Positions 32,488 to 44,787 of a stretch of DNA of 64,000 nt are shown one piece after another. Each line of letters starts with the position of its first letter. The first letter of the stretch is position 1. The notes beneath the pieces are model-generated. The model made no database searches, had not been told where the DNA came from, and was given only the letters and a program-made list of their open reading frames with translations. Location: positions 124,001-188,000 of the forward strand of contig BROI01000037.1 of the NCBI GenBank assembly GCA_027923505.1. Direction: 5' to 3'. Both the position numbers and the translations under genes were made by a program. The stretch is from Mayamaea pseudoterrestris (Eukaryota).

Positions 32488-33534
32488 CTATCTATCAGTT
32501 TTCTGGCAGCAGCCATTAGGGCAAAGGTGCGCGAGGTTTGCCTTGTTGTTCCTCCTCCTCTTGGTCGATACAGACCCATCCTCTAACAATAGCTGCTTGG
32601 TTCGGTTCGCCGGCAAAACAACGAGCGCGTCCGCTAGATGCTTCCATTCAGTCGTTGCCAAGCTTGGAAAGAACTCGAGGCCAGTGACTCGCTCCAAGTC
32701 AGTCCATTGGACCAAGTAATCCGACAGTTGATTGCTCGTATCGGCCTTGTCATTCACATTGTTTGGAACAACAAAACACGCATACTTGACAATGGTTTCT
32801 TCGTCATTCTCATTATGTATAACAACGACAATTTTGAAAAAGTGCGTTGGAACTGCCACCAAATTGGGCGGAGCTCCAATGGCTAAATACTGATACTCGA
32901 ACAATTTTTCGTGCACCATTCGATGCGGCAACCAAATGGGCCCTGTGACAACATAGGTTGTTGTATTATCGTCATATGTCGATGACGATCGAGCGACCTG
33001 TCGCGTCCAAGACTCTAGCTGCGCCCAAATCTTGCGGTTGATCTCGTGGTGCTGGGGCGAAATGTTGGCAAGGTTGTACGTGTCGAGTCGTTCCTTGGCG
33101 TCACCAAAATCGGCAGCGGGCGCCAAGTGACCCCGATCATAGCCAGAGTTGTGGTAGGAGCTGTTTCTTGATCGAAAGTGTTCCGGCAAGGCTTGCTCCT
33201 CGTAAAAATGGTGGCGCTTGCGACCGCCTGACTTGTCGTCGTCATTAATTTGAAGTCGTTCCATGACATAGACTGGGTTGCGAGTACGAACGTCAAAGGC
33301 AATTTCCAAGTTTGGATTGGGTCGAAATATTCGAATAGGAGACACGGGCGATAGACGAGAAAGTGGTTCTTTATGATCCTTTAACTGATCTGGTATCGTT
33401 TTTGTACTTCCAAAGAGCCAAGAATTATCTGCTCGCGTCATGTCGCGTTCCTCCTCAGACGTAAAAATTGCGAGGCCTGAAGCTCCAATGACAGACAGCA
33501 AAACTTTCTCATGTTTTATCAATCTGCGAAACAT
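32488..33534 (-). CDS. Endonuclease G / NUC1 mitochondrial non-specific nuclease
   Basis: GYDRGHLAPAAD, TYNLANISPQ...NRKIWAQLE, YVVTGPIWLP, VAVPTHFFK, LERVTGLEFF. Confidence 0.92.
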   Translation of the reverse strand: MFRRLIKHEKVLLSVIGASGLAIFTSEEERDMTRADNSWLFGSTKTIPDQLKDHKEPLSRLSPVSPIRIFRPNPNLEIAFDVRTRNPVYVMERLQINDDDKSGGRKRHHFYEEQALPEHFRSRNSSYHNSGYDRGHLAPAADFGDAKERLDTYNLANISPQHHEINRKIWAQLESWTRQVARSSSTYDDNTTTYVVTGPIWLPHRMVHEKLFEYQYLAIGAPPNLVAVPTHFFKIVVVIHNENDEETIVKYACFVVPNNVNDKADTSNQLSDYLVQWTDLERVTGLEFFPSLATTEWKHLADALVVLPANRTKQLLLEDGSVSTKRRRNNKANLAHLCPNGCCQKTDR

Positions 33535-34214
33535 GTCTTTTGATGCATCAGGGCTAATGCATTGTATGCCAATGCATGGAGCTGCCAGCTGCGAAATTTG
33601 TGATGGCGACGGTGAACTGATGCACCAACCACTGCGACATAGCATCACGTGTTCTGTTAGTTTTTGAAGCCATCGCAGATTACCGTATTGGGTCTGCAAT
33701 TAAACAATTTTCGACTGTTAGTTTATGCGCACATGCGCTTTTCCAGCCCTTCACAGTAAGTACTGTATTCCTTACTTGGTCGTGGGCACACTCGTAGAAG
33801 TCTGTCGGCAAGCTCTCACTTCGGCTGCCGCCGGTTGTTTTATCTTTCAATGCAAAGTGGTATCGAGGACTGACAAAACTGACATACTGGTGATACTCGA
33901 CAATACTGGCGCGTCCTTGCCGTTAGTTTCGTACAACATCGAACTCAACTCTTTAAGATGTTTTCACCACCAACACGCATACCTTTCAATAAAGGACGAG
34001 CATTATTGGTGCAATTAAGTCTCCAACAGCGCTAGCATTGTCTTTCCGACTGAGCATCGAAAGCATTCCTGTATGCATCTAAGAAATTAGCTAGCGCTGG
34101 AGCAATCAGGTCCATGTAGATGGTTGCATCGCTCGCTGGTTAGAACGACAGTTAGACTGTCGGAAATCGATTTCACATCAGCTCACGTTAATCGCAACAT
34201 AATTGCAAGCGACA

Positions 34215-35462
34215 TCATAGCCTCGTTCTGCCCGGGCGCAACAAGACCCCGGCATCGTTCAATAGAATTTGGGCTTCACCCTCTCCAACCTGACTCACAA
34301 AACCAGCTACCCAACTCTGTATTCCATCGTACGTCCCTCCAAGCACCTTGCCCGCCGTCTTGCGCCACACCTTTTCGCGCGACTTGCCCTTGACAGCTTT
34401 TCGAGCATCCGCTCGGAATGTATAGGACTCCCAACTGCCCAGATAGTGGTAGATACCAATGGGCATGGTGTCACATGCTATCCATGCCGATGGACAAGCG
34501 TTGGCGGGTCGGTGGGCATTCATGCCGCCGAATAAATCATCCACAGCCAAACGGGAAACATCGATCATGCTCTTGCCCAAGCCATTGTTTTGATCCGTGG
34601 GATACGCTCGGTAGCGCCATCGTAACGTGTCAAAGCGAGTGGCATTGATGAAAGCAGGAACATGGTGCTTCTTCAAGACTACGTCTTGCTCCGCCGGTGC
34701 ACTTTCAACCGCACTGAACAACGCTCGACCGACCGTCACGCACGGTCCATTCTGAAAATAGTCGTACCAAGCAGCTGGATACAGAGACGTGTCGCGGAGT
34801 TCAGTGTTCGTGCTCGTCAGTTCCTTCAACGCCTTCCAAACACTCTCCGGCTCTTTCATCAAATACCTTTCACGCAGTAAGCCTGCATTCGCCCCGCTCA
34901 GAGTCAGAAACTCGTCAATGTCCACAAAGGACGTCCAGCTTTGCTTCAGCGCTTGCAGTTGCCGAATGCAGGCTCCGTAAAACTGCTGCTGTCTCAAGTT
35001 GTGCTTGAACAGACGCTGATCCTCCCTGTCGCTTTCTAACACAGTAAAGTTGCGATCAGCAAAGTCGTCATCCTTCCATTCTAGTATGGTCATGCGAGTT
35101 TTCCATTTTTGTAGTATTTGAGACGGCGAAGTTTGCGATCGTGGATCCGAAGTGACAATCAAAACGCGAAGCTTCAACGCAAAGTAATGGTAGGCAATCC
35201 ACTCGGAGAGGCGATGATTGTCGTCCATGACCAATAAACAGGCGGAGAATGTTTCATCGTCGTCATTGGAAATCTCGTTTCCTTTCTCAGTAGTCTCTTT
35301 GATTGATATCTCAGCAGGCTTTTGCAGAAACGTTTCGACGAAATCGGTGAAGCGAACGTCGTTGTCGGTGATGGATGTGCCGAACAACAGTGACACGTAT
35401 CGAAGCACCGGAATGATGGAAAGCAGAAATGTTATGGCGAGTATAAATCGCGTCGATGGCAT
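34215..35462 (-). CDS. Type II membrane glycosyltransferase (GT92/GT2-like)
   Basis: N-terminal TM; SACLLVMDDNHRLSEWIAYHY; WTSFVDIDEF (DxD); YHYLGSWE. Confidence 0.75.
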   Translation of the reverse strand: MPSTRFILAITFLLSIIPVLRYVSLLFGTSITDNDVRFTDFVETFLQKPAEISIKETTEKGNEISNDDDETFSACLLVMDDNHRLSEWIAYHYFALKLRVLIVTSDPRSQTSPSQILQKWKTRMTILEWKDDDFADRNFTVLESDREDQRLFKHNLRQQQFYGACIRQLQALKQSWTSFVDIDEFLTLSGANAGLLRERYLMKEPESVWKALKELTSTNTELRDTSLYPAAWYDYFQNGPCVTVGRALFSAVESAPAEQDVVLKKHHVPAFINATRFDTLRWRYRAYPTDQNNGLGKSMIDVSRLAVDDLFGGMNAHRPANACPSAWIACDTMPIGIYHYLGSWESYTFRADARKAVKGKSREKVWRKTAGKVLGGTYDGIQSWVAGFVSQVGEGEAQILLNDAGVLLRPGRTRL

Positions 35463-35919
35463 GAGATTCGGTCCTTGTTACAGTATCATCATGGTAAATA
35501 GGCTGTGGAGTAGTTTGGTCATGGAAATAATGACATCGGATCGCGCGACGCATCAGCGTGACCGAATCCCTTATCCAGAACCACTGTGACGAATGGATTC
35601 ATCGCCAAACCGTGACTGTGTCACACCATCACTTCGACCGTTGAGCACGAAAATCCAATGCGGCATCCGAGTCGTCCGTTATTCGAGGGTGGTCGATTAC
35701 GGTTGCTTTTGCTTTCAAACTTCTTCTGCAACCAGCTGAAGCCTGTTCCGTCAACTCCATCGTGCTTGTATAGCAAGAGAAGAAAAAGCGGTTCTGAACG
35801 CGGCAGCTTGCTTTTGCAGTAGTATTACTGTTCGCCGACTCGCAAAAACTCGGACTTTTTGGCAGTTACTCCGACTCTTGTACAGCAATAGCCATACACT
35901 AAGCATTTTGAACTACAAT

Positions 35920-38368
35920 ATGAACCCATCTGGCATGCGCATAGAAGAAAAGAAGAGCGCCGACGCTTCCGTCTTGAGCTACAATAACGATGAACGATCA
36001 CTCTCAAGCTACAAGTCGACGCAAAGCAGCCGATCGTCCGTCTTGCAACGAGCCCGAGAATATAATCGAAGAATCGACGAGCAAAACAAGCGACGCAGCA
36101 AGTCGTTGGAGCGGAGTGCAAGTACCTCAGAAGCGGATAGCTATGTGAGTGGAATGTCTGGAAATAACAGGCGGTCCGTTTCGGCTGGGCGGCAAGTGAT
36201 TCCAACGAGCCGAGTGAGTACGAGGGAGCGCGCCATGGCCAGCGTTCGCAAGGAGACAACGGCGACTAGCCATGTAAGTCCAGTCAAGAATACGAACAAG
36301 ATTGAAGCAGCTCGACGCATGTATATTGACGACGATTCCTGTGGGACGAGTGATGGTCCGAGTCCACGAGCCAAGGCAGCATCTACTCGCCCCACCGCCG
36401 TGGTACCACCTGCTGCGCGAACCGTCATGGAGCCGTACAATCGTACGAGCACGCCAACGACAGCAACGACGACGAGCAGTAGTAGTCCGAAACCGCCGCA
36501 ATCGTATCAGCAGCCGTCTCCAATACGTCAGCATCAAGCTGTAGCATCTCCCATCCAGCAGCCGGTTTCGCAGCCTCGTGGCGGCAACAACAACATTACC
36601 CCGACCAATACTCGTCCAAGGGCAAACATGACTCGCAACACGACGACCTCCTCGAGTCGGACCCTTCCCATTACTAACTTGACCTCAAATGCTTCGCCAG
36701 GTAGTCAATCAACGCGGAGTCGGCAGTCGCGATACTCGGATCAGCAGTCACCCAATGCACAGCCGCACCAACAAGCAAAAGAGCAGCACCAGCCCGCACA
36801 AGAAGCCAACGCGGCTGACAATCCCAATGGCGTGTCACCTGAACTATTGGTAGACGCACTTGCCGGACACGAGGACGGACTTTTGGCCATTGCCGAGCGC
36901 CTCATGGAGTCTTACGATGGCGGCTACGATGTCATGGGTGAAGCTATCATTGACGCCTTTGCCGACGTTCAGCGCTTGTTTCAGCATGTTGTGGAAGCGG
37001 CGCACATGGAAGGCGCCGCTTTTGAAGCGACGCGGCGAGAGGAAGAAGTGAATGAACTAAAGAAACAATTAGCGAGTAGCAACATTGTTGGACAAGATGG
37101 CGTTGGGGAATATGGCATGCCGAGCAAGACGGCAAATAGTCCAGGATCGCAGCGATTGGATGAGTTTGTTGATCAAGATGTGAAGGATATGTTGACGGAA
37201 GCGATTCGCAAGGGAACCCAGCTGCGCGATGCGAATAAACATCGCGAATGTTTGGACTTGTACGAGCGGGCTTGCATTAATGCATCATCATTATTGCCAG
37301 TAGATTCGGACAATCGCGGGCGCTTGCACATGAGCATGTCGCGAGCCGAATCGTTGAGTCCAGATCGGGCATGCGCCATTTTGAGATATACCATGGACGA
37401 CGTGTTGCGATCTGGTTTAAAACCTACAAAGTCACCTATGCCGGATCTGTCCAAGCGATCAGATTTGGTGTTGAATCGCCCGACCAACTCCATGGTCAGC
37501 AACGGTGGTCATTATGCGGGTGCTTTACAGAGCGCTGACGAGGCTTTGAACAGTTTGATTGAGGAAATGAAGGAGATCTTGAGTGCGCCGGTGTATGAAG
37601 ATACGCCTCTGCAGCACGTTGCTCAACGCTTTTGGGTGGCTTTGCACGATGCGCAGAAGCTGCAGCACCGCAACGAGGATCGCTTGGAGCAGCAGCTGGC
37701 AAAGCTCAAGGGAGAATTTCTATTGGCCAAGTCGGTGAGTACTTGCATGGACAGTTGATGGTCTCTCCATGTGCTGTTAGTCGATGCCTTTTCTTTACTC
37801 ATTTACATTTTATATCATTAATTAATTTCAGGAATGGGAGGAGAAGTTGAGTAAAGCTAACGAACAGACGGAACTTTATAAGAGCAAGGTTGACAAACTA
37901 CGAAAGGATGCTATGAAGGGCGAAAAATACATGGATCAAGCGAGGCAATTTGCTGCTCGTTTAAATGATAGTGACATGGACATGTCAACAATCTATGGGT
38001 CAGTAAAGTCTGGCACGTCAGGACGGGCGAATTCGGTTGCTTCGCTCGGCAGCGGTTTGGCGCAGCAAGCCAAGACGATTGTCAACTCGGTGAACAGTAG
38101 TTTCAATTGCGCCAATCTGAACGAACGATCCGGTCAGAACGCGCATGACCTTAATGGCGACGATGCCTTGGATATTCCGTTTGATCGGTCGCGATCTATG
38201 GAGCGAACATCGGATACAACTGGAACGAGTGAGCGATCAAGGACGCCGGCCCAGACTAGAACACCAGGAACAAAGGACCGCTCTCGAACGCCAGTGGCAA
38301 CAAGGACGCCGGCAACTTCCAAAGCGTATCAGGACTATTCAAGGTCACCGCAACGAATTGATGTCTAA
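35920..38368 (+). CDS. Hypothetical protein: low-complexity N-terminus, helical/coiled-coil core; intron 37735-37831
   Basis: 626-aa and 173-aa ORFs joined in frame by GTGAGT...TTTCAG (LLAKS|EWEEKL). Confidence 0.7.
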
Positions 38369-38417
38369 GGGAAGCAATATATATATTATAACTTGAACAT
38401 AGGGTAGAATAATATGG

Positions 38418-39562
38418 TTAAAATTCAAGCATGCCCTGCCGTGTGATTACTTGCTCCGCTTCGACGCAAAAGAAATGTGCCCTCATATATCTGCGTCATA
38501 ATGGAAGAATAAGTTGCAGATATAGAGACGACTGTTCAAGCTGCAAACGCGTGCCACCAGATGACTATAACAAACGTTTACTCGCACATACCTCATGACA
38601 CCGACTGGAATCAAGAATCCAAACAAGTTCACCGACCAGTATAGCATGTTCAAACAAGCCAGTATTCGACTAAACGCACCCATTGGCGTTGCACTCGACG
38701 TGCTCCACTGCCACACGTAGCCAATCCGCAACACGTTGAATAGTACACTGGTCAGTATTCGCAAAGGCAGCGGCGCCAAAACGACGCGACCTCCAAGACT
38801 CGACTCCATGACGGCTTGCAGCGACAGAAAGAACAGTGGTCGCGCCGCCAGCGACGCAGTCGCGTACCGCTTTCCGACGGTGCATTGCGCCACGACGGCC
38901 AAGGGTGCCACCAGTCCCAGTAGCACACCGGCGCGCAACCAACGGTCGTACCAGACGGAGTAGGCGAGTGAAAAGCCGAGGGGATTGCTGAGCATGTGCG
39001 GAACATGTCCTTGCGGAGGAAGCGCTGGCAGTCTTGGAGCTCCAGACGTTGTTTGAGGTTGCTGGCTCAAGCGATGCAGGAGGCAAAGGTATCCAGTCAA
39101 ACACGCCGCTAGCAACGCGTCGAGTGGTTTCAAAAATGGCACGAGACAGAGGGCCAGCAGCGCTGGCGTCTTTTCCACTGATGCCGTCTGTGATGCCATG
39201 GGAGATGCACTGCCTTGCACGTGACCAGCTTGCGACTGCGCTCGAGCCGCTGCCCGTCGAAGAATCATTGACAATGGCCTTTTCCAGGATCTTGACGCAA
39301 CCACCTCCATGTCATTCGTTTGCCTCAAGACTGCCTCAACGTACGGAGGTAGTTGATTGTTGGGAAAGGAGTTGGCGAGCTGCACAACGTCATTGTTGGA
39401 TGGTGGCCATATCTCGGCGCCTCGACCGTACGCCGCAAGAGCATGATGACAACGGTGATGACGTTGGTGTTGTGTCGAGGATTGATGAGTAGTCGAAGTT
39501 GATTGAATGAAAAAGGCGCTGGATGACGTGATTAGCAGCGCTGCTATGAGAGAAGCATGCAT
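38418..39562 (-). CDS. Plastid-targeted multi-pass membrane protein of unknown function; intron 38491-38591
   Basis: Signal peptide ending SSA-FF, transit-like region, several TM segments; splicing gives the C-terminus ..GVMRYMRAHFFCVEAEQV...EF*. Confidence 0.7.
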
Positions 39563-39826
39563 GGTAGACAATGTACGATGCTTAAAGGTCGTTTGAGCAA
39601 CCGGTACAATTAGCAAATAGTATCGTCAAAAAATTGACGACGGAAGAATGACATCACACCATGGTGGCGCGACGGCGCGGGGACGAATCAAGCCATTGTG
39701 AAAAGAGAAAAGGACGACAGTTACTGTCACTGTGAGTGTGTCACTGTCTGTCAAAGAGTGGAAACTCCTTTTCATTGTCAGACATTTTGCAAAACTACTA
39801 TCGTATGTACTACTATACTGCATCTA

Positions 39827-41260
39827 TCATCCAGTGAGCCATGCTTCATCCCGCTTCTTCTTCCACGACCTTGTCGTCCGTGTATTGGTGCTACGCTCCG
39901 ATACTTCCGTCCAACTGTTCAAATGCCGGGTTGTCGGATGCAAGCCAGCCTCCGTCATGTTGCGCAAGGCATTCACCGCGGCAACCCAATCATTAGTTGA
40001 AACGGCACCGTGCACCAGCAAGCTATAGCATGCCTTGTCCTTGGCCAATACATCGTACACGTTAAAGGTTCTAGGCTCGCCGGGTGATGATTCCGGACCA
40101 GTTGATCGATCGGCGAGATGTCTGTTCAACAAGGCGGATGCTTCCGTCGCCAGACCGAGTGATTGGTAAGCTGCCGCGAGGGGGTTCCAATGTCGCGCCG
40201 CCAGTTGTAAATGAGGATGCGTACTTTGTAAGCTTAGTAGTATACTTTTCACTTGATCCAAAGGAGCCCGAGGGCCGTTCAAGTCGTCATGTTCGCGCCC
40301 CTGTCGAGCTGCACGTACAGCGGCGCGAATCAATGAGAGAACCATGCTATCGGTAACGTGAATCGCAGTCGCTCGTTTGTTTAAACGCCGTGAACCACCA
40401 CACTTTGTCTCGTGCCTTTCAACAGTCGTGAATATAGCAAGAGCTGGCTCCCAAAGACAAAGCTTGGCGCAGGCAAGCAAGGCACCTTCGTGATGAATAT
40501 TCTTGGGTGGAATCTTGGACAGTGTCGGCGTTGCGCTGTTGGACATTGTCATTGTCTGATTCGTCAGGTCCGACATGCTGCGTTTGCGGAATACATCATC
40601 GTGCTGCATACGATCATACGTTCGAAGCGCATATTTCCAAAGACTGGGCTTGTTTCGCTTGCGCACGTTTCTCCAAATGAGCGACGCGTAGCCTTGACTA
40701 TTCATGACTGGCGACTGCGTTCGAAAGTCGGGGTTGCGATCGGAAATGCCCGGCGTCGGTCGCCATTTGGCAGCTGCAGTCGTCCAAAAGTTGGCGTTGC
40801 CTAATGCTGGAGTTGATGGTGTTGGCAAGGCTATTGTAGCGTCGTCCGGTGTCGTTGGTCCATCCTGCTGCCACAGCATGAGCGATCTGGCCATTTTGAA
40901 GATCATTTCCGTTCCACCTGGTAGTGTTTGCATCAATGGTTGTTCCGGCAAGTCCATGGCTTTCAAGGCTTGCTCCTGCTTGCGTTGATTCGTTCTTCCT
41001 TCCGACACTTTTCGGAGTCGTCGTTTCTGCGAGTTGCTCAATGAGTTGACTGCTGTGGCGGGTCTTTTGCTGAACGAGTTATTTTCGGAAGATGGATGTT
41101 GGGGTCGTCTGGATGAAGACGCAGCCAGGTGAAAGCCTCTGCTTCGTGACGAATAATGTTTCGTTGTGCATCGTGATTGGAACGATGACACGTTTTCCAT
41201 TCGAGTCGTCGCCAAAGTCACGGCAAAGAGACATTGCGTCCATGTACATTTCCTCATGAT
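39827..41260 (-). CDS. Organelle-targeted helical-repeat (PPR-like) protein
   Basis: Signal-like N-terminus (VSS-F); PPR-like units HHEGALLACAKLCLWEPALAIF, HWNPLAAAYQSLG...EASALL, CYSLLVHGAVSTNDWVAAVNALRNMTEAGLHP. Confidence 0.65.
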   Translation of the reverse strand: MMRKCTWTQCLFAVTLATTRMENVSSFQSRCTTKHYSSRSRGFHLAASSSRRPQHPSSENNSFSKRPATAVNSLSNSQKRRLRKVSEGRTNQRKQEQALKAMDLPEQPLMQTLPGGTEMIFKMARSLMLWQQDGPTTPDDATIALPTPSTPALGNANFWTTAAAKWRPTPGISDRNPDFRTQSPVMNSQGYASLIWRNVRKRNKPSLWKYALRTYDRMQHDDVFRKRSMSDLTNQTMTMSNSATPTLSKIPPKNIHHEGALLACAKLCLWEPALAIFTTVERHETKCGGSRRLNKRATAIHVTDSMVLSLIRAAVRAARQGREHDDLNGPRAPLDQVKSILLSLQSTHPHLQLAARHWNPLAAAYQSLGLATEASALLNRHLADRSTGPESSPGEPRTFNVYDVLAKDKACYSLLVHGAVSTNDWVAAVNALRNMTEAGLHPTTRHLNSWTEVSERSTNTRTTRSWKKKRDEAWLTG

Positions 41261-41655
41261 CACAAGAAAATCCTTGTCATCGTGGCTATACAGTTAAATT
41301 CATGAAAGAAAAGCGAGCATAGGCCGTTATGAAACGTAGATTACGATTGCGACCTCCATGGTCGCGCACTCGTCGAAGCGGAGAAACTTTGCTATGTCAC
41401 ACCACGACTGACGTTGCAGGAATGAGTCAGAGACTGACGTCAGCTCTATTCAGTCGCGCTTTACCTTCAAGTGCGGCAGAAACCTGCGCACGCGCCACGC
41501 GAGGCAGACGTCTCTTGCCTTCATCGCAGAAGCAACGAGAAGGTTTGTTTCTCCACCTCCTGCATCAGAAATCCGTCAATCGTACACATTCGTAGTATTT
41601 ATAGACCGATTGTTATACATATTAATCCGAGAGCGCTTTTACAGGCACTCGTACA

Positions 41656-43101
41656 ATGACGCTACCAATCACAAGCACAGCTGCAACGAGGTTACTACAC
41701 AGCCGGCGGCGAAGCTCCTTGGCTTCGGTCGTCCTTGTGACTACCTTGGTTTCGGTGACACTCTCACTCCGATCAAGTCACGCTCTGCAGCCAAACTCAT
41801 TCCAGACAAGCACCTCCAAGCAAGTCTCCTTGATTAACAATCCTCAAGTTGGCTCATCTTCGCAACAAGACTTTTCCTTCGCGCCGCTTCCGACTCCCTT
41901 GGCATCTCCACCAACGCCGCTCCTGCAGCAGCAGAATTTGGCGGCGGCAACATCAAATAGCCTTGAAACGCCTCCATCCGAGTATGACTTGTCGGTGGGC
42001 CGCGCTCTTGACGCTCTTCGAAAGGACTATCCCGACATACTATGCCGACCACCAGATTATTCCATTTACGCGGACAACATTGAAGTCATTGACCCATCCG
42101 GCGTGACGCTGCATGGACTGGTAACATATCGCAACTCGTTTCGGTTACTGCAAGCGTTGATCAAGGTGGTGTACTGCCCGTCGCGCAGCGGCTTGACCTT
42201 TCGTCTGTGCTACGACAAGGCGCGCCGCAACATTCGCGTGCACTGGAACGCGCACGTATTGCCGCGGTTCTCCTTTAACAAGGCGCGGCAGCAACTATAT
42301 GTGGATGGTATTTCAGTATATGAGCTTGATCAAGAGACTGGTGAAATTGTGCAGCATCGTATTGAACATATTTTGATCAATAATGAGCCAGTCTTGCCAA
42401 AGGAGGGAGTCTTTGCGGCGTTGGAGCAGCAGCATACCATGTCGGTGCCAAGCTTTAGTCAGCAAGTGCCGGCGATTGCTGGAGGAAGCACGAATGGAAA
42501 AATGCAACGACAGAATAGTGGAAACATGGTGACGGAGTTTCGACCCTGGGATCAGCGAAGGACGGTGCCATCGTCATCATTGTTCATGATGGTCCAAGGC
42601 CAAGGAGGAGACGCTTCTTCCTCGTCGGCCGCACTATCAAATTCTTCACCAGTGACAGATTTCCCAGACCTTGACTGGAAGGCGCTGGAAGCGAAAAACA
42701 AGTCGCGCAAAAAGTTTGGACTGCAGCCAGTCACGCCGGAGGAATTTATGAAGCTACAAACCGAAGTCGCCGACCTTGCGCAGGAGCAACTGGAACGACA
42801 ACAGCAACTGCTGCAGCAACAGGCGCAAGCAAAGCTTTCGGAACCAAAGCCAAATTTTTTGCAGCAACTGTTTGGACAAGCGTTGAAGGATACCTGCGAA
42901 ACAAACTACGACTGCGAGCGGCCCATGGTTTGCTGTGACTTTGGCATTACGAAAAAGTGCTGCTCGTCGGGAATGCGTGTGGTGGATGGCCCGCCGCAGT
43001 ATGCGACTGTGCCAGTGCCACAGGGGATTGACGATGAATATGGTTATCCGCCAGGGCGTGGCCCGGCCGGCGATGGCGCTGGGAACGAGCGATTGTGGTA
43101 G
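41656..43101 (+). CDS. DUF2358 (SnoaL/NTF2-like) protein, probably plastid-targeted, with Cys-rich C-terminal module
   Basis: LRKDYPDI...PDYSIYADNIEVIDPS...GL..Y; IRVHW; VDGISVYELD...G.IVQHRIE; C-terminal CETNYDCERPMVCCDFGITKKCC. Confidence 0.75.
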   Translation: MTLPITSTAATRLLHSRRRSSLASVVLVTTLVSVTLSLRSSHALQPNSFQTSTSKQVSLINNPQVGSSSQQDFSFAPLPTPLASPPTPLLQQQNLAAATSNSLETPPSEYDLSVGRALDALRKDYPDILCRPPDYSIYADNIEVIDPSGVTLHGLVTYRNSFRLLQALIKVVYCPSRSGLTFRLCYDKARRNIRVHWNAHVLPRFSFNKARQQLYVDGISVYELDQETGEIVQHRIEHILINNEPVLPKEGVFAALEQQHTMSVPSFSQQVPAIAGGSTNGKMQRQNSGNMVTEFRPWDQRRTVPSSSLFMMVQGQGGDASSSSAALSNSSPVTDFPDLDWKALEAKNKSRKKFGLQPVTPEEFMKLQTEVADLAQEQLERQQQLLQQQAQAKLSEPKPNFLQQLFGQALKDTCETNYDCERPMVCCDFGITKKCCSSGMRVVDGPPQYATVPVPQGIDDEYGYPPGRGPAGDGAGNERLW

Positions 43102-43430
43102 TTGATTACCACTGGTATCAACGAGAAACTGATACCTGCGGTTTATCGACGATAAGGACGATTATGAGTAGCCAAGACTGCGGTCTTTGCACTGAGTGGC
43201 GAGCAATGAGTCTGCAGACTCCACTCGTCGCTCATCTTTGCACATAATGCATTGGAGTTTTCCGAGAGGCAACCATGACGCTACAACGCCCCGTCTTGCA
43301 TGATAAAAATAGATGCATGTATACAATTTATGAAATATTTGTAGATAGTGGCTATGGTAGGAAACATATTGAGAGCTGCTGAGTGCAGTGCTTTCGAGAT
43401 TAAAAGCAAACATGGAGTTGCCTGCATATA

Positions 43431-44391
43431 CTTATAGTTGACGTGACATAGTTTTTGTCCGACCGTTTCTTGACAATCTTCGAATTTCATCGCCAAAGTG
43501 ATGCGACCTTTCTCGACGAGGATCTTATTCTAGTTGCATACGTTTCCTATATTCTACAATTCCATCATGGTGACAACGCGCAACCAAGAGAAGCACGATG
43601 AGGCCGAGCCGCCGTCTAATAAGAACGAGGAGTCGTCAACTGAGCCGTCAACGTTGAAACGGGACAAGGACGAGGCGCCAAACGCCGACAAGAATCTTAG
43701 CGCAAATCAGAGTTCTCACACCGACCATACGTCCAAGCAGAAACGAGACGAGTCGGGCGACGACGAGGGTCGCGAAGACATCAAGCAAGGCGCTGCGAAG
43801 CGAGAAAGCTCCACATCGCCCACTGCAGGCGACAATTCGGACGACAACGACGATAAGGATTCCGACGCTGAAATTACCATTAATCGTGCTCCCGTTCTGA
43901 CGCTATGGGTATCTGTCGTGGCGGAGCGCCTTGGTTACAGTCGCGATGAAGCTTATTCGTACGGACGCTGGGTGGCGAGCACACTGGCTGCGTCCAAGGG
44001 TAGGTCGCTGGGCATTGTTCGTCCCAGCAAGAAGAAAAAGACTGACGCGGAGGGTCGTCGCGAGGGACGTGAAATGGATGCCGACCACATTATGGTGTTT
44101 GGTCAAATGAAGGTACCAGTCAAGGATGTGAATGGCAAGCTCTTGGCGGTCAAGCAAGGCAAGACGATTAATCCAGAGACGGTTCGTCGCTACTTTCACA
44201 ACAAGTTTGGCGACAATTTGGATCATGCGCACGACGCCATGATGAAACTTGCCGAAAGCTTGGAGGCGGACGACTTGCGCAACCGCGCCTACGAATTCTA
44301 CGAGCAGTTTCGTCCCGAATGGCATGGCTGGGGTCGTAAGGGAACTCTTGATTTGGACGAAATTGAACACATGGCCGAAGAAGATGAATAA
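43431..44391 (+). repeat. Segmental duplication unit A (paralogue of 49588-50547)
   Basis: Starts CTTATAGTTGACGTGACATAG at both 43431 and 49588; similarity ends at the stop codon. Confidence 0.9.
43567..44391 (+). CDS. Conserved hypothetical protein ('NRAPVLTLW' family), copy 1
   Basis: Intact ORF with charged disordered N-terminus and globular C-terminal domain (INRAPVLTLW...SKGRSLGI...YEFYEQFRPEWHGWGRKG.LDL). Confidence 0.75.
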   Translation: MVTTRNQEKHDEAEPPSNKNEESSTEPSTLKRDKDEAPNADKNLSANQSSHTDHTSKQKRDESGDDEGREDIKQGAAKRESSTSPTAGDNSDDNDDKDSDAEITINRAPVLTLWVSVVAERLGYSRDEAYSYGRWVASTLAASKGRSLGIVRPSKKKKTDAEGRREGREMDADHIMVFGQMKVPVKDVNGKLLAVKQGKTINPETVRRYFHNKFGDNLDHAHDAMMKLAESLEADDLRNRAYEFYEQFRPEWHGWGRKGTLDLDEIEHMAEEDE

Positions 44392-44787
44392 TTGGTTACC
44401 TACGGCAAGTTGCGGGGGGCAAACTTGTATGCAAGGCATAATTGACGAAAGAGTACAAGAGATTCAATAGCAAGCTCATATGTTCCATTAATCAACAATG
44501 TACTTTACTTTGAGGATACCAGGCTAGCCCGAGACAGCGACACCAGTTGCTCAGTCAGCAGCTTGCTATTGTAGACAGCTGGTAAAGATCCCAATGCAGG
44601 ACATTGAAGGCGCCAAGGCTGCAGTATTTCTAGTGATTACATCCACACTCATTCCTCCGCTGTTGTTAATTACAATTGTATCGTTCATGCTGTTGACAAC
44701 CGGTAGGCATGGCTAGGGTAGCTAACTTTGCGTGCCGATGGCCATCGCATGAACCGAATGGCGTCTTATCGGTTCTCAAAATCCGGG

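Noticed and set aside
44410..44419. TTGCGGGGGG as inverted partner of the tandem-unit end
   Set aside because: Only a 10-bp low-complexity match with no extension; likely chance.
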